A model generated the notes under the pieces. It saw nothing but the letters and a program-made list of their open reading frames with translations. It was not told where the DNA came from and did not search any database. Of a stretch of DNA of 20,000 nucleotides, positions 6,951 to 15,745 are shown piece by piece; the first letter of the stretch is position 1, and the number at the start of each line of letters is the position of its first letter. The DNA lies in IMG/VR virus record IMGVR_UViG_3300042462_000205. One strand, written 5' to 3'. This DNA is from an uncultured virus (IMG/VR IMGVR_UViG_3300042462_000205) (taxonomy: Duplodnaviria > Heunggongvirae > Uroviricota > Caudoviricetes). Both the position numbers and the translations under genes were made by a program.

Positions 6951-8648
6951 ATGATGAACATTTTATTTTATTATGCATCTCCTGTTGAATATAACAATCG
7001 GCTTTTCTTAGGTACTGCTAATTTATATTTAAAAACCTATATAGATCAAAATAATCCAAGTCTGGCAACAAAATTAAATTGGCTGATGCCTCAACAGAGA
7101 GCATTATCTGATGATGCATTAATTAAATTATGCAATGACTCCGACGTCGACCTATTATGTACCAGTCATTATATATGGAATAATCAATTTCTACTAGAAC
7201 AGCTAGAACGAATAACTCCATTTCTCAATCCTAAAACAAAAATTATCACCGGTGGCCCAAGTGTAACAATTAACATTGATCCGCATTTTTTCGAATCATA
7301 TTCATTTATCGATTATGCTGTGTACGGACCGGGTGAACACGCATTTTCTAATTTAGTTGACACCTTAGTTAACAAAACAAAATTACATGCATTTAATACA
7401 TCAAATATTGGCTGGTATGACGCCAAAAAACAACAGCAAATAGTTGCCGAATATCAATATGTAACAATGACTCAGACAAGTCCATTTATGCATAATGAAG
7501 AAATATTTTCCGAAATGATCACACAGGAACAACTTGCTGGGTATAATGTAGCAGTTCCTTATGAACTAACTCGTGGGTGTCCATATTCATGTACCTTTTG
7601 CGATTGGAATAGCGGACTGGGTAATAAAACAACTAGACGAAAAAATTCTTATAAAGACGATATTGATTTATTGGCAAGATTACGAGTATCAGATATATAC
7701 CTGTCAGACGCAAACGTAGGGCAATATGACGAAGATATCGATATGGTGGCATACTTTGCTAAGAAAAACTTAGAACATGCTGCAACATTCAATCTCCTTG
7801 GTAACTATAGTAAATTAAAAAAAGAAAATAATTTAAAAATATATCATTTATTGGCCACTGGTAATCTTTTAACTCAAGGGTTTACTATGTCTTGCCAAGA
7901 CATCGATCCAACGGTATTAGAAAATATTAATAGACCAGATATTACCTGGGATGAACATATTAAAATTGTTAATGAATTACAAGAACATTATCCCAATATA
8001 CCATCCAAAGTACAATTAATACAGGGATTGCCTGGTCAGACTGTGGACTCATGGCGAAAAACATTACACGAAATATCAAACCAATCGGTTATGCTACAAA
8101 TATACATCAATGAATTATTGCCTACAGCGGCGGCGGCAAGAGATACTGATTATCAAAGTAAATTTAAATTCACCTACAGTAATAGTCAGAGATTTAGTTC
8201 TAGATCGCCCGCTGATAGTTATTTTTTTAGAGCTAAATTTGCACAATCTTGTGTGAGCTTTAGTCAATTTGATTTTGTTAATATGACTGTGATGTCACAC
8301 ATATATCAGTTACTAACTGCGGCTAGATTTACATTTAGTGAATACGCTAGTAGTTTTGATATAGACCGAATGGTTGATGTATTTTTAAACTCGGCATTGG
8401 GTATTAATTTAAGAGATAACTTATACAACAATTGGCTCAACGATAAATTTTATTATACACTATCGTTTGGTGGTGCTCCGGCAACAATTTCAGCTGATGC
8501 AGCGCATGCTGTTACCTTACAGTGGGCAACTGATCCAGCATTCCATAAGTTTCTTATCAACGAAGTAAAAAATAATAAATTTAGAAAAGAATACATGTTA
8601 ACAATTAATCAATCTCGAATCGTAGAAACAGTTGGGGATTGGAGTTGA
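6951..8648 (+). CDS. Cobalamin-binding-domain radical SAM protein (class B methyltransferase-like)
   Basis: ELTRGCPYSCTFCDW (CxxxCxxC); N-terminal SHYIWN...GGPSV...GPGE pattern; DANVG and LIQGLPGQT. The true start may be 6954. Confidence 0.88.
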   Translation: MMNILFYYASPVEYNNRLFLGTANLYLKTYIDQNNPSLATKLNWLMPQQRALSDDALIKLCNDSDVDLLCTSHYIWNNQFLLEQLERITPFLNPKTKIITGGPSVTINIDPHFFESYSFIDYAVYGPGEHAFSNLVDTLVNKTKLHAFNTSNIGWYDAKKQQQIVAEYQYVTMTQTSPFMHNEEIFSEMITQEQLAGYNVAVPYELTRGCPYSCTFCDWNSGLGNKTTRRKNSYKDDIDLLARLRVSDIYLSDANVGQYDEDIDMVAYFAKKNLEHAATFNLLGNYSKLKKENNLKIYHLLATGNLLTQGFTMSCQDIDPTVLENINRPDITWDEHIKIVNELQEHYPNIPSKVQLIQGLPGQTVDSWRKTLHEISNQSVMLQIYINELLPTAAAARDTDYQSKFKFTYSNSQRFSSRSPADSYFFRAKFAQSCVSFSQFDFVNMTVMSHIYQLLTAARFTFSEYASSFDIDRMVDVFLNSALGINLRDNLYNNWLNDKFYYTLSFGGAPATISADAAHAVTLQWATDPAFHKFLINEVKNNKFRKEYMLTINQSRIVETVGDWS

Positions 8649-8673
8649 CCTTTGACAATTAACACTATATAAT
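8645..8673 (+). promoter_or_regulatory. Sigma70-type promoter TTGACC-N17-TATAAT
   Basis: The -35 overlaps the radical SAM stop codon; ATG 8680 is 6 nt after the -10. Confidence 0.8.
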
Positions 8674-8679
8674 AATATT

Positions 8680-9363
8680 ATGCTTATACAAAAATATGAT
8701 TACACACCCATCAATCGCCAGAGCGTGGATGGAAAAAGACTTTACAGTTTGCCAGATGGCAGTAAGGTTCCCTCGGTAACAACGATCCTCGATGCAACTA
8801 AACCGGCTGAAGCCAAGTTAGCTTTGGAAAACTGGCGCAAGTCTGTGGGCGAACAACGAGCTCGGGAAATTACTACAGAAGCCGCTAGCCGCGGAACACG
8901 TATGCACAAATGGTTAGAAGACTACGTACAGAACAATCGTGAGATGGGCGAGCCCGGAACCAATCCCTACAGTATACAAAGCCACAGGATGGCCCAGAAG
9001 ATTGTAGAAGAAGGATTAGTACATGTAGACGAAGTTTGGGGCATTGAAGTGCCGTTATATGTAGCTGGACTGTATGCTGGTACAACTGACGCTTGCGGAG
9101 TACACAAGGGAAAACCGGCTATTTTAGACTATAAACAGACTAATAAACCTAAGAAAACCGAGTGGGTTCAGGACTATTTCCTTCAATTATGTGCCTATGG
9201 ACTAGCACATAACGAAACTCACGGAACTGACATACGTCAAGGCGTTATACTAATGTGTAGTCAAGACTTCCAATATCAAACATGGACAGTTGAGGGTGCC
9301 GAATGGGATAAGTGGACGAAAAAATGGTTGGAAAGAGTGGAACAGTATTATAATCTCAGCTAA
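8680..9363 (+). CDS. PD-(D/E)XK exonuclease (T4-like phage, MGME1/RecB-like)
   Basis: PSVTTIL, RGTRMH, EVPL, AGTTD, DYKQ and YFLQLCAY motifs. Confidence 0.9.
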   Translation: MLIQKYDYTPINRQSVDGKRLYSLPDGSKVPSVTTILDATKPAEAKLALENWRKSVGEQRAREITTEAASRGTRMHKWLEDYVQNNREMGEPGTNPYSIQSHRMAQKIVEEGLVHVDEVWGIEVPLYVAGLYAGTTDACGVHKGKPAILDYKQTNKPKKTEWVQDYFLQLCAYGLAHNETHGTDIRQGVILMCSQDFQYQTWTVEGAEWDKWTKKWLERVEQYYNLS

Positions 9364-9366
9364 ATA
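9359..9366 (+). promoter_or_regulatory. Late promoter (GCTAAATA)
   Basis: Overlaps the exonuclease stop and precedes AGGA and ATG 9390. Confidence 0.6.
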
Positions 9367-9389
9367 TAAAATATAGATAGGATGATAAT

Positions 9390-9959
9390 ATGGCCGTAAC
9401 TCAAATTTCCAAAATACAAATCCGCAGAGGACTGCAAGAGAATTTACCACAACTTAGTTCGGCTGAAATGGGTTGGTCAATTGACGAACAAAGATTGTTC
9501 ATTGGTAATGGCACATTGGCCGAAGGTGCACCTACTACTGGTGTAACCGAAATTCTTACTACGCAAAGCATGTACAGCGAGTTGGCTCTGATTGAATCCT
9601 TGGAAAGTAATGTTGCTAATATGACAGCAAATATTACTACTATTCAGTCCGATGTTGCTAATATACAGTCGAATTTAGCAATGCGAACTATAACTTTATC
9701 TGATAATACTACTAATGGAAATATTGGAGTTACTAATATTTCTACGTTCTTAGAATATAGTATTGTTCGTGGCTCATCCACTAGATTTGGTTGGTTAAAA
9801 GGAGCATATCTCAATGGTGTTCCATTATTAGATGATGAGTATACTGAATCCGCCGATGTTGGCGTTACATTCGGGTTCACCGGCAATATGTTTCAGTACA
9901 CAACTACTAACACTGGTAGTGACGCAACATTTAAATTTTATATAAAAGAATTTTTATAA
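9390..9959 (+). CDS. Fibre-like structural protein with Mtd-N/hyaluronidase-N-type domain
   Basis: IQIRRG...LPQL..AEMGWSID..RLFIGNG N-terminus, short coiled coil, beta-rich C-terminus. Confidence 0.65.
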   Translation: MAVTQISKIQIRRGLQENLPQLSSAEMGWSIDEQRLFIGNGTLAEGAPTTGVTEILTTQSMYSELALIESLESNVANMTANITTIQSDVANIQSNLAMRTITLSDNTTNGNIGVTNISTFLEYSIVRGSSTRFGWLKGAYLNGVPLLDDEYTESADVGVTFGFTGNMFQYTTTNTGSDATFKFYIKEFL

Positions 9960-9965
9960 TATAAC

Positions 9966-10011
9966 TTGCAAGAAGTTAAAATATCAAGTATACTACAAGA
10001 TATAGTAAATA
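9966..10011 (+). promoter_or_regulatory. nrd promoter region: TTGCAA-N17-TATACT, NrdR-box-like site, late AGTAAATA
   Basis: Hexamers at 9966-9971 and 9989-9994; CTACAAGATATAGTAA at 9993-10008; AGTAAATA at 10004-10011. Confidence 0.6.
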
Positions 10012-10068
10012 TACAACAACAATCAACAATACAAATTTAGAGCAGTACTAAATTAAGAGGTTATCAAA

Positions 10069-12396
10069 TTGAGCATTATTCAAGTAATAAAACGTAGTGG
10101 CAGCCGTGTGCCTTTGGCAGTAGATAAATGGCAAGCCCAGATCGCAAAGGTCTGTGCTGGAATTGCAGATGTAAGTCAGTCGATGATTGAAATTAAAGCA
10201 CAACCACACTTTTATGATGGAATTAGTACACGCGAAATTGACGAGATTACACTTAGAGCTATTGTTGATCTAATCGATGTAGAATCAAATCCAGACATAG
10301 GGCATACCAACTATCAATATGTAGCGGGTAAACAACGCCTAAGTATGCTGCGTAAAGATGTCTACGGTGACTACGAAGTTCCTCGCTTATACGAAATTGT
10401 CAAGACAAATGTAGCAACTGGCTTGTATACAGCAGAACTACTAGAATGGTATAGTGAAGAAGAATGGGACAAGATGGATTCTTTTGTTGACCATACCAAA
10501 GATGAAACCTATTCATATGCAGCCATTGAGCAATTAATTGAAAAATATCTTGTACGCAATCGTGCAACTAAACAAATTTATGAAACTCCGCAGATACGTT
10601 ATATAGTTGCAGCCGCAACTGTGTTTCATAAAGAAGAACCTGGTAGCGCACGTATGCGTTTTATCAAAGAATATTACACTTGTGCAAGTGACAGTTTGTT
10701 CACACTAGCAACGCCTGTTCTCGCCGGCTTAGGCACACCGACTAAACAATTTAGTTCATGTGTATTAATTAAAGCAGATGATGACCTAGACAGTATCTTT
10801 GCATCGGGTGAAATGATGGCCAAGTATGCTAGTAAACGTGCAGGTATCGGTTTAGAAATAGGACGTCTACGTCCACTTGGTAGTCCTATTCGTGGCGGTG
10901 AGATCATGCACACGGGTATGATTCCATTCCTGAAGAAATGGTTTGGTGATTTGCGTAGCTGTTCGCAAGGCGGCATACGTAACGCATCGGCTACTGTGTT
11001 TTATCCTATCTGGCATCACCAATTTGATGATTTAATTGTATTGAAAAACAATCAAGGAACAGAAGAAACCCGTGTTCGTCATATGGACTACGGAGTTGTA
11101 CTAAGTGCTTTCTTCTGGCGCAAATTCAAAAACAAAGAGATGATTACATTCTTTGATCCCAATGAAGTACCCGACTTATACGAAGCGTTTTACAAAGATA
11201 CAGCACTGTTTGAAGAGCTTTATGTTAAGTATGAAAAGCGTAAAGATCTACGTAAGAAAACAATGGCTGCAGAAGAAGTATTCAAAGGTGGCATATTAAA
11301 AGAACGCACAGATACTGGACGTATCTACTTAGTGTTCATTGACAATGTTATGAACCAAGGACCGTTTGATCCTGAGTATCATACAATCTATCAAAGTAAC
11401 CTGTGCTGTGAAATTTTATTACCTACTAAATCGTTTAAACGCTTAGATGACGAAGAAGGTCGTATTGCCCTATGTACATTAGGCAGCATTAACTGGGGAG
11501 CTTTCCGTAACCCAGAAGATATGCGTCGTGCTTGCCGTATCTTACAACGTAGTTTATGTAACATATTAGACTACCAAGATTTCCTAAGCATACAGAGTAA
11601 ACTAAGCAACGATGAAATCCAACCACTGGGTGTTGGCATTACTAACTTGGCTTATTGGCATGCTAAACGTAGCTTCAAGTATGGCGAAAAGGATGCCCTA
11701 CAAGAAGTTAAAACCTGGATGGAGCATCAGGCATTCTACCTAACAGAAGCCACAGTTGAACTAGCTAAGGAACGTGGTGCTTGTAAAGATTCAGCTAAAA
11801 CACGTTATGGTAAAGGTATATTTCCCTGGGAACTACGTGCCAACGGTGTTAATGAACTAGCAGACTTTACTCCTACTCGAGAACTTGATTGGGAACAGCT
11901 ACGCAGCGATATGCGATCGCATGGGGTGCGTAACGCTACCTTAATGGCAATTGCACCAGTTGAATCTAGTTCAGTTGTTATTAACAGTACTAATGGTATC
12001 GAAATGCCAATGAGTTTGATATCAGTTAAAGAATCTAAAGCAGGATCATTTATACAGGTTGTTCCAGAATATCACAAGTTAAAGAATAAATATCAACTCA
12101 TGTGGGAACAAAAGGACTGTGATGGCTACTTAAAAACTGCCGCAGTATTAGCTGCCTACGTTGACCAAAGTATCAGTACTAATACATTCTACAATCCGGC
12201 GCATTGGGCAGATCGTAAAGTGCCCACTACACTAATTGCTAAAAACTTAATGCAGGCTCAACTATGGGGATTGAAAACATTCTACTATAGTTTAATTAAC
12301 AAACAGGGTAGTAAAGCAGCAGCAGAAGACTTACCACCACAAACAAAACAACTAGAAGAATATATAGAAGAGGACTGCGAAAGCTGTAAATTATAA
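10069..12396 (+). CDS. nrdA: Class Ia ribonucleotide reductase alpha subunit with ATP cone
   Basis: VIKRSG cone, QFSSC, SNLCCEI, IALCTL, KTFYY and C-terminal CESC. TTG start after GAGG. Confidence 0.98.
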   Translation: MSIIQVIKRSGSRVPLAVDKWQAQIAKVCAGIADVSQSMIEIKAQPHFYDGISTREIDEITLRAIVDLIDVESNPDIGHTNYQYVAGKQRLSMLRKDVYGDYEVPRLYEIVKTNVATGLYTAELLEWYSEEEWDKMDSFVDHTKDETYSYAAIEQLIEKYLVRNRATKQIYETPQIRYIVAAATVFHKEEPGSARMRFIKEYYTCASDSLFTLATPVLAGLGTPTKQFSSCVLIKADDDLDSIFASGEMMAKYASKRAGIGLEIGRLRPLGSPIRGGEIMHTGMIPFLKKWFGDLRSCSQGGIRNASATVFYPIWHHQFDDLIVLKNNQGTEETRVRHMDYGVVLSAFFWRKFKNKEMITFFDPNEVPDLYEAFYKDTALFEELYVKYEKRKDLRKKTMAAEEVFKGGILKERTDTGRIYLVFIDNVMNQGPFDPEYHTIYQSNLCCEILLPTKSFKRLDDEEGRIALCTLGSINWGAFRNPEDMRRACRILQRSLCNILDYQDFLSIQSKLSNDEIQPLGVGITNLAYWHAKRSFKYGEKDALQEVKTWMEHQAFYLTEATVELAKERGACKDSAKTRYGKGIFPWELRANGVNELADFTPTRELDWEQLRSDMRSHGVRNATLMAIAPVESSSVVINSTNGIEMPMSLISVKESKAGSFIQVVPEYHKLKNKYQLMWEQKDCDGYLKTAAVLAAYVDQSISTNTFYNPAHWADRKVPTTLIAKNLMQAQLWGLKTFYYSLINKQGSKAAAEDLPPQTKQLEEYIEEDCESCKL

Positions 12397-13496
12397 TGTC
12401 AAAAGAACAATACGATTTAAGTACTAAAACAGACTATCTACATCGCAAGATGTTTTTGGATCCAGCAGGACCTGTGACTATCCAGCGGTTTGAAGAAGTT
12501 AAGTATAATAAGATTGCTAACTTTGAAGCTACTGCTAGAGGGTTCTTTTGGCAACCAGAAGAAGTTAGCCTAAGCAAAGATGCTAACGATTTTAAAGACG
12601 CTAGTGATGCAGTTAAACATATCTTTACCAGCAATTTGTTACGTCAAACAGCTCTAGATAGCCTGCAGGGCCGCGCTCCTAATCAAGTGTTTGGTCCAGT
12701 TGTTAGTTTACCAGAACTAGAAGCACTGATCAGTAACTGGAGTTTCTTTGAAACTAATATTCACAGTAAATCATACAGTCACATCATTCGTAATATCTAC
12801 AATGTACCCAAAGACGTATTTAATACTATTCATGACACACAAGAGATTGTAGGTATGGCCAGTACTATTGGCAATTACTATGATGATTTACATCAAATAA
12901 ACTGCCGTAAAGAGATGGGTGAAAAAGTTACAGAAAAAGAACACATCAAAGCTATCTGGTTGGCCCTACATGCTAGTTACGGTTTAGAAGCATTCCGCTT
13001 TATGGTATCATTTGCTACAAGTTTAGCCATGGTTGAGAATAAGATCTTTATTGGTAACGGTAACATTATCAGTTTAATTCTACAAGACGAGTTACTACAC
13101 AAAGAGTGGACTGCGTTCTTAATCAATCAGGTAGTAAAAGAAGATCCACGTTTCGCGGCTATCAAAGCAGAATGTGAAGATGAAGTGTATGCTATGTACT
13201 TAGATGTTATCCGTGAAGAGAAGTTTTGGGCTGATTATTTGTTCAAAATGGGTCCAGTTATTGGCTTAAACGCTAACATTTTGAAGGATTTTGTTGATTA
13301 TACAGCCGTAGATGCACTAAAACAAATTGGCATACGCTACAACCAACCTGCGCCTAAAACAACACCTATTCCTTGGTTTAACAAGCACAGCGACACTAGT
13401 AAGAAACAAACAGCACTACAAGAGTCAGAGTCAACTAACTACGTAATTGGCGTAATGAGTGATGAGATGAACTATGATGAATTACCAACACTATAA
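12396..13496 (+). CDS. nrdB: Class Ia ribonucleotide reductase beta subunit
   Basis: FWQPEE, DSLQ, ETNIHSKSY, EAFRF and DELLH di-iron/tyrosyl-radical motifs; TAATG coupling. Confidence 0.98.
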   Translation: MSKEQYDLSTKTDYLHRKMFLDPAGPVTIQRFEEVKYNKIANFEATARGFFWQPEEVSLSKDANDFKDASDAVKHIFTSNLLRQTALDSLQGRAPNQVFGPVVSLPELEALISNWSFFETNIHSKSYSHIIRNIYNVPKDVFNTIHDTQEIVGMASTIGNYYDDLHQINCRKEMGEKVTEKEHIKAIWLALHASYGLEAFRFMVSFATSLAMVENKIFIGNGNIISLILQDELLHKEWTAFLINQVVKEDPRFAAIKAECEDEVYAMYLDVIREEKFWADYLFKMGPVIGLNANILKDFVDYTAVDALKQIGIRYNQPAPKTTPIPWFNKHSDTSKKQTALQESESTNYVIGVMSDEMNYDELPTL

Positions 13497-13513
13497 TAAT
13501 AAAAGGAGCCAAT

Positions 13514-13777
13514 ATGTTAACTGTGTATTCAAAAGATTCTTGCCCTTTTTGCGAGCAGGCAAAGAATTTATTAACAATGAAAAAGATTGCGTTTGAAGTA
13601 ATTAAAATTGATGAAGATTTAGACGCACGCGAGTTTATCATGAGTGAAGGGCATCGTACAGTACCACAGATTTATCAAGACGGTAAACTGTTTGTATCAG
13701 GTGGCTACCAAGGACTACAAAAATTAACCAACGAACAATTAAATGAAATGTTAGGGGAAACAAGTGCTAGTAACTAA
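13514..13777 (+). CDS. Glutaredoxin
   Basis: CPFC active site, TVPQI, GGY; SD AAGGAG; directly follows nrdB. Confidence 0.95.
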   Translation: MLTVYSKDSCPFCEQAKNLLTMKKIAFEVIKIDEDLDAREFIMSEGHRTVPQIYQDGKLFVSGGYQGLQKLTNEQLNEMLGETSASN

Positions 13778-14075
13778 TAAGTATGACAAAGATACATTAG
13801 TATCATTTAAACTAGTAAATGGTGATGAAGTTATTGCCAAAGTATTAGAAGAAACTGCTGATGAATTCATCGTATCTAAACCAATGATTGTAGTACCAAG
13901 TCCACAGGGCATTGGCCTGATGCAGAGCCTATTTACATCTGAGTTAAATAAGAGTATACACATCGATAAACGTCATGTAATGTTGCATGCACAGACCAGC
14001 GGTGCATTAGTAAACCACTATATACAAACAACAACGGGTATTGAACCAGCAGGCGCTGGCGGTATTATAACTTAG
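13764..14075 (+). CDS. Sm-like fold phage protein
   Basis: KLVNGDEVIAKV...IVSKPMIVVP...IHIDKRHV...Y pattern of phage Sm-like proteins. GTG start after AGGGG. Confidence 0.6.
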   Translation: MLVTNKYDKDTLVSFKLVNGDEVIAKVLEETADEFIVSKPMIVVPSPQGIGLMQSLFTSELNKSIHIDKRHVMLHAQTSGALVNHYIQTTTGIEPAGAGGIIT

Positions 14076-14083
14076 GATCGAGC

Positions 14084-15511
14084 ATGGCAGAACATGATAT
14101 TAGTTTAGTAACTGCAAAAGCAGGCAGTGTTATAGCAGAGAATATGAAAGTTTCTCTAGCTACTGCTGCCGGTGCACTTACTCCTAGTACCATTACTGCT
14201 ATGGTTGGTATTGCTAAAGGCACGGCATTAACACTTGCACCGACCGTGACTGGTGCTATGGCTAACATGGACAGTCAAATTACTGATTTAATAGCTGCCA
14301 ACACAGCACCTAGTCTAGCATTGGCCGCAAGAATCACATCAGCAAAAGGAAATTTAACTGCTCTACAATCACAACTATTGCCTCCGGGCAATCATGCTGC
14401 ATTTGGACAAATTTTAAATCAATCACAGGGACATATTGCTGATTCGATAGAATTAAAGAAAGCAACTGATTTTATATCAAATACGTCATTTAGTGATTAC
14501 GGCACGGGCATCACTAACATGAGTTCTATGGCTACACAAGGATTAGATGGCGCACTTGGTGATTTAGGTAATGCCGCTAAGGCATTTGAAGCTGCTGGCC
14601 CTGCGTTTGATTTAAAGGATATGTCCAAGTTTGGCACATCAGCTGGACTTATTGATAAATTAAACACAGTAAAATTAGGCAACGCCAGTGGAATTAACGG
14701 AGCCATTGCGGGCGCCGGATTAGATTTAAGTATGCCTGAACACACAGCGCAGGTTGATAAAATTATGGGTTCTATTACTGATCCTAAAGTGATATCCACT
14801 GTTACTGAACAATTAGGTATTAGTCCCGGCGGGAAGATTGCTAACCTTAAGGACCTGACAGATTTAAGTAAACTGGCACCTTCTGGTTCTGGATTAACTG
14901 GTGCAAATTTACCCGACATGTCAGCTATGGCCAGCAAGTTTAGCGACATGGGCGCAAAATTCACAAGTCCAGCGGCCGCAGCAAGTATGTTAAAAGGAAT
15001 TGAAATACCATCTATTCCTAATCTAGAATCGGCAGCTCCATCACTAAGTGGATTAATGAGTGGTATGTCATCGAACATAGCAGACATGACAGGAAAAGCA
15101 TCTGGACTTTCATCTCTAAATGGAGCCAACGGATTACCTAACATAACCGATTTTACTCATGCTGTCAGTGGCGGGCCTGAATTAGCTGCAATTAATGCTG
15201 CTGGTGCTATTACTGATGAGCAGATTACAGCACTTGAAGATTCACTGGTTAAATCACAGAATCTTATAGAATCGGCTGGAATTGATTTAGCTGTTCCACC
15301 CATGCCAAGTTTGGGTAGTGCAATGAGTTTTGCAACAAATCTACATAAAATAGGTGCTGATACATCTGGCTCTGGCATTACTGATGCGCTTAAAAATATG
15401 GCCAACACTGCAAGTGCTAGTGGTGATGCTATCAAAGCAAGTTTAGCAGAAGGTAAAAATAAAGCCCTAATGATGGCGCAGGGTATAGCTCCACTAAAAT
15501 TCGGCGGCTAG
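14084..15511 (+). CDS. Large Ala/Gly/Ser-rich hypothetical protein, possibly virion-associated
   Basis: 475-aa ORF with SD AGGA; low in aromatic residues; no catalytic motif recognised. Confidence 0.7.
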   Translation: MAEHDISLVTAKAGSVIAENMKVSLATAAGALTPSTITAMVGIAKGTALTLAPTVTGAMANMDSQITDLIAANTAPSLALAARITSAKGNLTALQSQLLPPGNHAAFGQILNQSQGHIADSIELKKATDFISNTSFSDYGTGITNMSSMATQGLDGALGDLGNAAKAFEAAGPAFDLKDMSKFGTSAGLIDKLNTVKLGNASGINGAIAGAGLDLSMPEHTAQVDKIMGSITDPKVISTVTEQLGISPGGKIANLKDLTDLSKLAPSGSGLTGANLPDMSAMASKFSDMGAKFTSPAAAASMLKGIEIPSIPNLESAAPSLSGLMSGMSSNIADMTGKASGLSSLNGANGLPNITDFTHAVSGGPELAAINAAGAITDEQITALEDSLVKSQNLIESAGIDLAVPPMPSLGSAMSFATNLHKIGADTSGSGITDALKNMANTASASGDAIKASLAEGKNKALMMAQGIAPLKFGG

Positions 15512-15745
15512 GTAATCACTGTATTTCAGTAGAAACATCGTATTTAAATAATCGTCCCAAAAGTCTAAACGTATACTATTATCCCACCCGCTTTCGTTGG
15601 CGTAATCTCTATGCTCACGTACAGTAAATCCTAAAGTATCTCTTAGTCGCCAACTGATTAGCACTGTGGCCTGTCCGTAGTCTTCTACAATTTTAGATTT
15701 TAGTTTTGCCCACTGCCGGTCATTCATTGCTATTGTTTTTGCCAT
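15494..15745 (-). CDS. Small protein, F-x-L-K/R-W family (…TMFLLKYS)
   Basis: TAATG-coupled to the aminotransferase; C-terminal family motif; its 3' end overlaps the convergent gene by 18 nt. Confidence 0.8.
   Translation of the reverse strand: MAKTIAMNDRQWAKLKSKIVEDYGQATVLISWRLRDTLGFTVREHRDYANESGWDNSIRLDFWDDYLNTMFLLKYSDYLAAEF

Noticed and set aside
6540..8660. Direct repeats flanking the B12 radical SAM gene
   Set aside because: Only matches of about 5 bp were found at the ends, which is chance level.
8680..9363. Cas4 or CRISPR association of the nuclease
   Set aside because: No four-cysteine Fe-S motif and no repeat-spacer array or cas genes in the window.
9390..9959. Diversity-generating retroelement target, suggested by the Mtd-N-like domain
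   Set aside because: No reverse transcriptase and no template/variable repeat pair visible.
10069..13496. Intron, intein or homing endonuclease in nrdA/nrdB
   Set aside because: Both ORFs are continuous, of normal length, with motifs in the expected order.
938..15435. Minus-strand ORFs opposite + strand genes (e.g. 938-1141, 4094-4465, 10674-10976, 14497-15144, 15157-15435)
   Set aside because: They shadow well-supported genes on the other strand and lack SDs and recognisable motifs; codon bias of the real genes explains them.
15494..15511. Antisense control from the 18-nt convergent overlap
   Set aside because: Short 3' overlaps are common in compact phage genomes, and there is no other evidence.
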